64,000 bases of DNA. Origin: a bacterium (GTDB taxonomy: Bacteria; Sysuimicrobiota; Sysuimicrobiia; Sysuimicrobiales; Humicultoraceae). The DNA lies in assembly GCA_031082185.1 (NCBI GenBank), contig JAVHLI010000011.1:35735-99734 (forward strand). The letters run 5' to 3'. Below the pieces are notes generated by a model. The model did no database searches. It saw only the letters and a program-made list of their open reading frames with translations, and was not told the DNA's origin. Shown here in pieces: positions 60,741 to 64,000 of the stretch (position 1 is the stretch's first letter; each line of letters begins with the position of its first letter). The position numbers were made by a program, and so were the translations under genes.

Positions 60741-61975
60741 CGCGCACCCCGGATCCGCCAGATCAGCCCCGAACCTATCAGCAGGTAGACCGCTCCGGCC
60801 ACCAGCAGCACCACATACCCCAGATTCGGTTCCCGCAGATTGAACTTGTCGAGCAGCGGGCCTCCGAGCAGCGGCGCCAGCACTTGAGGAAGTGTTGTCG
60901 CGATGCCCCATATCCCCATGTCCTTGGCGGCCGCGGTCTCCCGCGACGGCAGCACGTCGGTCGCCAGCGCCCAGTCCACGCTGATGAACGCGCCGTAACC
61001 CAGGCCGAAGACCACGGAGAAGCCCAGCAGCAGTGGGAAGCTCGGCGCGGTGAGGAACAACAGGCAGGGCGCGGCCATCAGCACCGCGGAAGCGCACACG
61101 ATGCCCCGCCTTCCCACACGGTCCGAGAGCCAGCCCGCTAGGAACGCACTGGCCAGCGCGCCGATCACCACGACGGCGCTCACGGTCCCGGTCGCCTCCT
61201 TGAAGCGGGCGATGCCCATGAAGTCCTTGAGGAAGTACTGGAGGAAGTTGAACACGGTATAGAAGCCCATCAGTACGAACAGGCGCGAGACGAACAGCCA
61301 CGCGAAGTCCGGGTGCCGGCGCGGGTCCACCCAGAACCCGCGCAGAAACCTTCCCATATCGAACGGGCCGGCGGGCTGGGGCCGGGCCTCGCGCACGCGC
61401 CAGACCGTGATCGCCAGTGTCACGGCGAGGACCGCCGCGATCAGCCAGTAGACCTGGGCCCGGTAGCCGCGCTCCATTAGTATGCCGGCGGCCACCGCCG
61501 CGGCGATGGTCCCCAGCATGGTCATCAGCCCCATCCATCCCGACGCCACGCCGCGTTGATCGTCTGGGACCAGGTCGGGGATGAGGCCGCTGTAGGCAGA
61601 TCCGCCCAGATTGTTGGAAAACTGCACCAGCCAGTAGGCGGCCACGAATGCCGTAAGCGTTGGGGACGCGCCCATCCACGCGAGGGCGGCCACGTTCAGG
61701 ATTCCGCCCACGAGCATGAACGGCCGCCGACGGCCCATCGCAGCGCGACTGCAGTCGGAGAGTGCGCCGGCGATCGGCATCACGATCATGGCAATGGCCG
61801 CCCCGCCCGCGAACACCAGGGAGAGGGCACGGCCCTTCTCCGCGTCCGGGACGAACCGCAGCACCTCCGCGGGGATCACAATGGCGAGCAACGCGCCCCA
61901 ATGGAAGTTGAGCCCGAACCAATAGAGACTGAGTGAGAGAAGGTTGCCGGTGCTCATGCGCCGTCGCGGTTCCAT
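60737..61975 (-). CDS. MFS-type transporter (12 TM)
   Basis: ORF 60737..62038. The start is probably ATG 61975 or 61957. About 12 hydrophobic segments, with a loop motif GALSDCSRAAMGRRRPF after TM2/3. Confidence 0.75.
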   Translation of the reverse strand: MEPRRRMSTGNLLSLSLYWFGLNFHWGALLAIVIPAEVLRFVPDAEKGRALSLVFAGGAAIAMIVMPIAGALSDCSRAAMGRRRPFMLVGGILNVAALAWMGASPTLTAFVAAYWLVQFSNNLGGSAYSGLIPDLVPDDQRGVASGWMGLMTMLGTIAAAVAAGILMERGYRAQVYWLIAAVLAVTLAITVWRVREARPQPAGPFDMGRFLRGFWVDPRRHPDFAWLFVSRLFVLMGFYTVFNFLQYFLKDFMGIARFKEATGTVSAVVVIGALASAFLAGWLSDRVGRRGIVCASAVLMAAPCLLFLTAPSFPLLLGFSVVFGLGYGAFISVDWALATDVLPSRETAAAKDMGIWGIATTLPQVLAPLLGGPLLDKFNLREPNLGYVVLLVAGAVYLLIGSGLIWRIRGAR

Positions 61976-62070
61976 CCACCACCCCCGGCAGGAAGCAGTG
62001 CGGCTCTTCAGGAAGCGACCGTAGGGCCGGAGTTCCACACGCGGAGTTCCACACTCGGAGGAGGACCCCT

Positions 62071-63357
62071 TTGCGCACGCGGTTTCCAGATGGGTTCCGG
62101 TGGGGCACCGCGGCCAGCGCCTACCAGTTCGAGGGCGACAGCCGCGCCAGCGATTGGTGGTCCTGGGAGCAGCAGCCCGGACGCATACTGAACGGCGACC
62201 GGTCGGGCCTGGCCTGCGACTGGTGGCACCACGCCGAGCGTGACTTCGATCTGATGGTCGGGCTGCACCAAAGCGCCCTGCGGCTGTCGGTCGAGTGGGC
62301 CCGGCTCGAGCCCCAGGAAGGGCGCTGGGACCACGCCGCCGAGGAGCGCTACATAGAGATGCTGCGCGGCCTGCGCGATCGGGGGATCGAGCCCCTGGTC
62401 ACGCTCAACCACTTCACGCTGCCGAAGTGGGTCGCCGAGCGAGGCGGGTGGCTTTGGGATGGGATCGTGCCGGCGTTCGGCGCGTTCGCCGGCAGGTTCG
62501 TCAGGGCGGTGGTGGGTGCGGCCGGCGGTGGCGCGCCGCTGGTGGACTTCTGGATAACGATCAACGAGCCGGTCGCCCACCTGATCAGCGCCTATGTGCT
62601 GGGGCGGTTCGCGCCGGGGCAGACCAGGGTCGTCGCGTTCACCCGGGCGCTGGTGCGCTCGATAACGGCCCATGCCGCGGCCTACAACGCAATTCACGAA
62701 GCGCAGCCGGATGCCAGGGTGAGCGTAGCCGCGTACCTGCGGCCGGCCGTACCCGCCCGCCCGCGCTCTCCGCTTGACCAGTGGATAGCGGGGCGGCTCG
62801 ACCACATCGTCAACTGGATGTATCTGGACGCGCTCGCTACAGGAGTGCTGGCAGGTCCGTTCGGAGTGCGTGCCAGGGTGCCGCAGGCGGCCGGCACCCT
62901 GGATTTCCTGGGCGTCAACTACTACACCCGAAGCCGCGTGGCGTTCGATCTGCGTCGGCCGGGCCACCTGTTCGTGCGGGATGAGCCGGCGCCCGGCGCT
63001 ACGATCACCGACGGCGGATACAGCGAGATCTATCCCGACGGCCTGCTGGACGTGCTCAGGCGCGTGCGTGGTTACGGTCTTCCGGTATACGTCACCGAAA
63101 ACGGCCTGCCCGATGCCGACGACGACCTCCGGCCCCGTTTCATCGTCGAGCACCTGCGCCGCGTGGCCCAGGCGATAGACGAAGGGTGCCCGGTGCGCGG
63201 CTACTATCACTGGTCGCTGGTGGACAACTTCGAGTGGGCGGACGGCTGGAGCCTGCGCTTTGGGCTCTACTCACTGGACCCCGCGACGCAGGTGCGAACG
63301 ACGCGCCCCAGCGCGGCGCTTTACGGGGAGATCAGCAGGAGGAACGCGCTGCCGTGA
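62071..63357 (+). CDS. GH1-family beta-glucosidase/beta-galactosidase
   Basis: ORF trimmed to TTG 62071, which has GGAGGAGG 7 nt upstream. FPDGFRWGTAASAYQFEG, acid/base ITINEP, and nucleophile YVTENG. Confidence 0.9.
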   Translation: MRTRFPDGFRWGTAASAYQFEGDSRASDWWSWEQQPGRILNGDRSGLACDWWHHAERDFDLMVGLHQSALRLSVEWARLEPQEGRWDHAAEERYIEMLRGLRDRGIEPLVTLNHFTLPKWVAERGGWLWDGIVPAFGAFAGRFVRAVVGAAGGGAPLVDFWITINEPVAHLISAYVLGRFAPGQTRVVAFTRALVRSITAHAAAYNAIHEAQPDARVSVAAYLRPAVPARPRSPLDQWIAGRLDHIVNWMYLDALATGVLAGPFGVRARVPQAAGTLDFLGVNYYTRSRVAFDLRRPGHLFVRDEPAPGATITDGGYSEIYPDGLLDVLRRVRGYGLPVYVTENGLPDADDDLRPRFIVEHLRRVAQAIDEGCPVRGYYHWSLVDNFEWADGWSLRFGLYSLDPATQVRTTRPSAALYGEISRRNALP

Positions 63358-63400
63358 TTGCGAGGGCATCGCGGGCGCGCGATAATCGGGGCAAAGGCCG

Positions 63401-63585
63401 GTAGGCGTGTGGGGGCTGCCGCGGGTTGATGTAGGACGGACTGGGCAGGTCTGCCTATCACGGCGGCGGGTGACGCGTTGCGGCCATGGACTACTAAGGA
63501 AGCAGGTGCTATCAGGTTGGAAACGGTGGTAGGTGTTAGACTGCAGGGCTTGCTGTGTTGGAGGTCTTAGGCAGGTCTGTCTATT
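63401..63585. repeat. Degenerate two-copy direct repeat (about 126-128 bp) in the intergenic region, each copy carrying GGTAGGyGT and GGCAGGTCTGyCTAT
   Basis: GGTAGGCGT starts at 63401 and GGTAGGTGT at 63529. GGCAGGTCTGCCTAT occupies 63445-63459 and GGCAGGTCTGTCTAT occupies 63571-63585. GGCAGGTCTGCC is itself a 5-2-5 palindrome. Confidence 0.5.
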
Positions 63586-63603
63586 TCTTGTTGGGAGTAG
63601 AAG

Positions 63604-64000
63604 ATGATGAACCAGAACCCAGGATTGCGCGACTTCTTCGCCAGCGGGTTCTATGAGGAGTACTGGCCAGAAGCCGACGACCCTGGCAGCGTGAAGGCGC
63701 ATGCCGCCCAAGTGTTGTCATTACTGAATGCCTCCCAAGGCCACATTCTGGACTGGCGAGGCGGGCACGGCAGGTACGCGATCTGGTTCGCACGCGCAGG
63801 ACTGCAGGTGACCTTGCTCGACTTCATGCGTGAGTACCTGGACGCAGCCAAATCCCTGTTCGATGAGGCGGCACTGCCTGTCCGGTTGATCGAAGTCGAC
63901 TCCCGCAACACTCCGCGGGATATTGAGGCGGACTTTGCCGTATGCCTCAATAGTTCCGTTGGTTTCATGTCGGAAGACGAAGAGGTCAAGGCGTTTGCGA
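63604..64000 (+). CDS. Class I SAM-dependent methyltransferase-like protein (N-terminal part; runs off window end)
   Basis: Absent from the ORF track because it has no stop in the window. ATGATG at 63604 with GGAG upstream. It translates as MMNQNPGLRDFFASGFYEEYW...ILDWRGGHGRYAIWFARAGLQVTLLDF...FAVCLNSSVGF, a motif I-like/post-I pattern. Confidence 0.5.
   Translation, partial: MMNQNPGLRDFFASGFYEEYWPEADDPGSVKAHAAQVLSLLNASQGHILDWRGGHGRYAIWFARAGLQVTLLDFMREYLDAAKSLFDEAALPVRLIEVDSRNTPRDIEADFAVCLNSSVGFMSEDEEVKAFA

Noticed and set aside
59781-62108. A 775-aa ORF that looks like one giant protein
   Set aside because: The N-terminal ~456 codons are Arg/Gly/Pro-rich nonsense. They lie in an alternative frame on the same strand as the clearly genuine 12-TM MFS gene (60737..62038). 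Only the part from ATG 60740 onward, which shares ATGA with the MFS stop, shows protein-family similarity.
63271-63711. A 146-aa minus-strand ORF across the intergenic repeat region
   Set aside because: It overlaps both the 3' end of the GH1 gene and the 5' end of the methyltransferase gene. Its composition is Arg/Pro-rich and it has no SD.

Overview
High-GC (by eye about 65-70%) bacterial chromosomal segment with strong GGAGG-type Shine-Dalgarno sites and many 1-4 bp start/stop overlaps between neighbouring genes. I call about 65 protein-coding genes, 2 decayed genes, 3 tRNAs (all minus strand) and a handful of regulatory repeats. All family names come from motifs I can read in the translations; no database search was run. 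Gene content in order: (1) a two-component system followed by a run of small exported proteins, a ferritin-like protein and a membrane polyferredoxin; (2) a GntR-regulated ABC importer operon ending in a HAD-IIA phosphatase; (3) a nitroreductase, a decayed S1C protease and a CBS-GGDEF protein; (4) a second two-component system divergent from a MacA-MacB-TolC efflux operon; (5) several peptidases (M20, M24 x2, M14, GGT); (6) a Phd/YefM-RelE/ParE toxin-antitoxin pair; (7) a TetR-headed menaquinone operon menF-D-H-B-A plus a menE-menG/ubiE fusion; (8) an OtsA-OtsB fusion; (9) nrfA-nrfH cytochrome c nitrite reductase; (10) a GH1 glycosidase. I saw no CRISPR array, transposase, integrase, phage gene or recognisable defence gene other than the TA pair. 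The most unusual items are: (a) an MFS / catalytically dead CN-hydrolase / intact CN-hydrolase / GNAT operon with overlapping stops and starts; (b) the MenE-MenG fusion in a TetR-gated men operon with a perfect 28-bp palindromic operator; (c) an exported protein built of near-identical 42-bp (14-aa) tandem repeats at the window start; (d) an LTxxQ (Spy/CpxP-like) gene inside the MacAB-TolC operon, whose divergent promoter carries 11-bp-phased direct repeats; (e) a free-standing degenerate LAGLIDADG-like gene behind a perfect extended -10 element.
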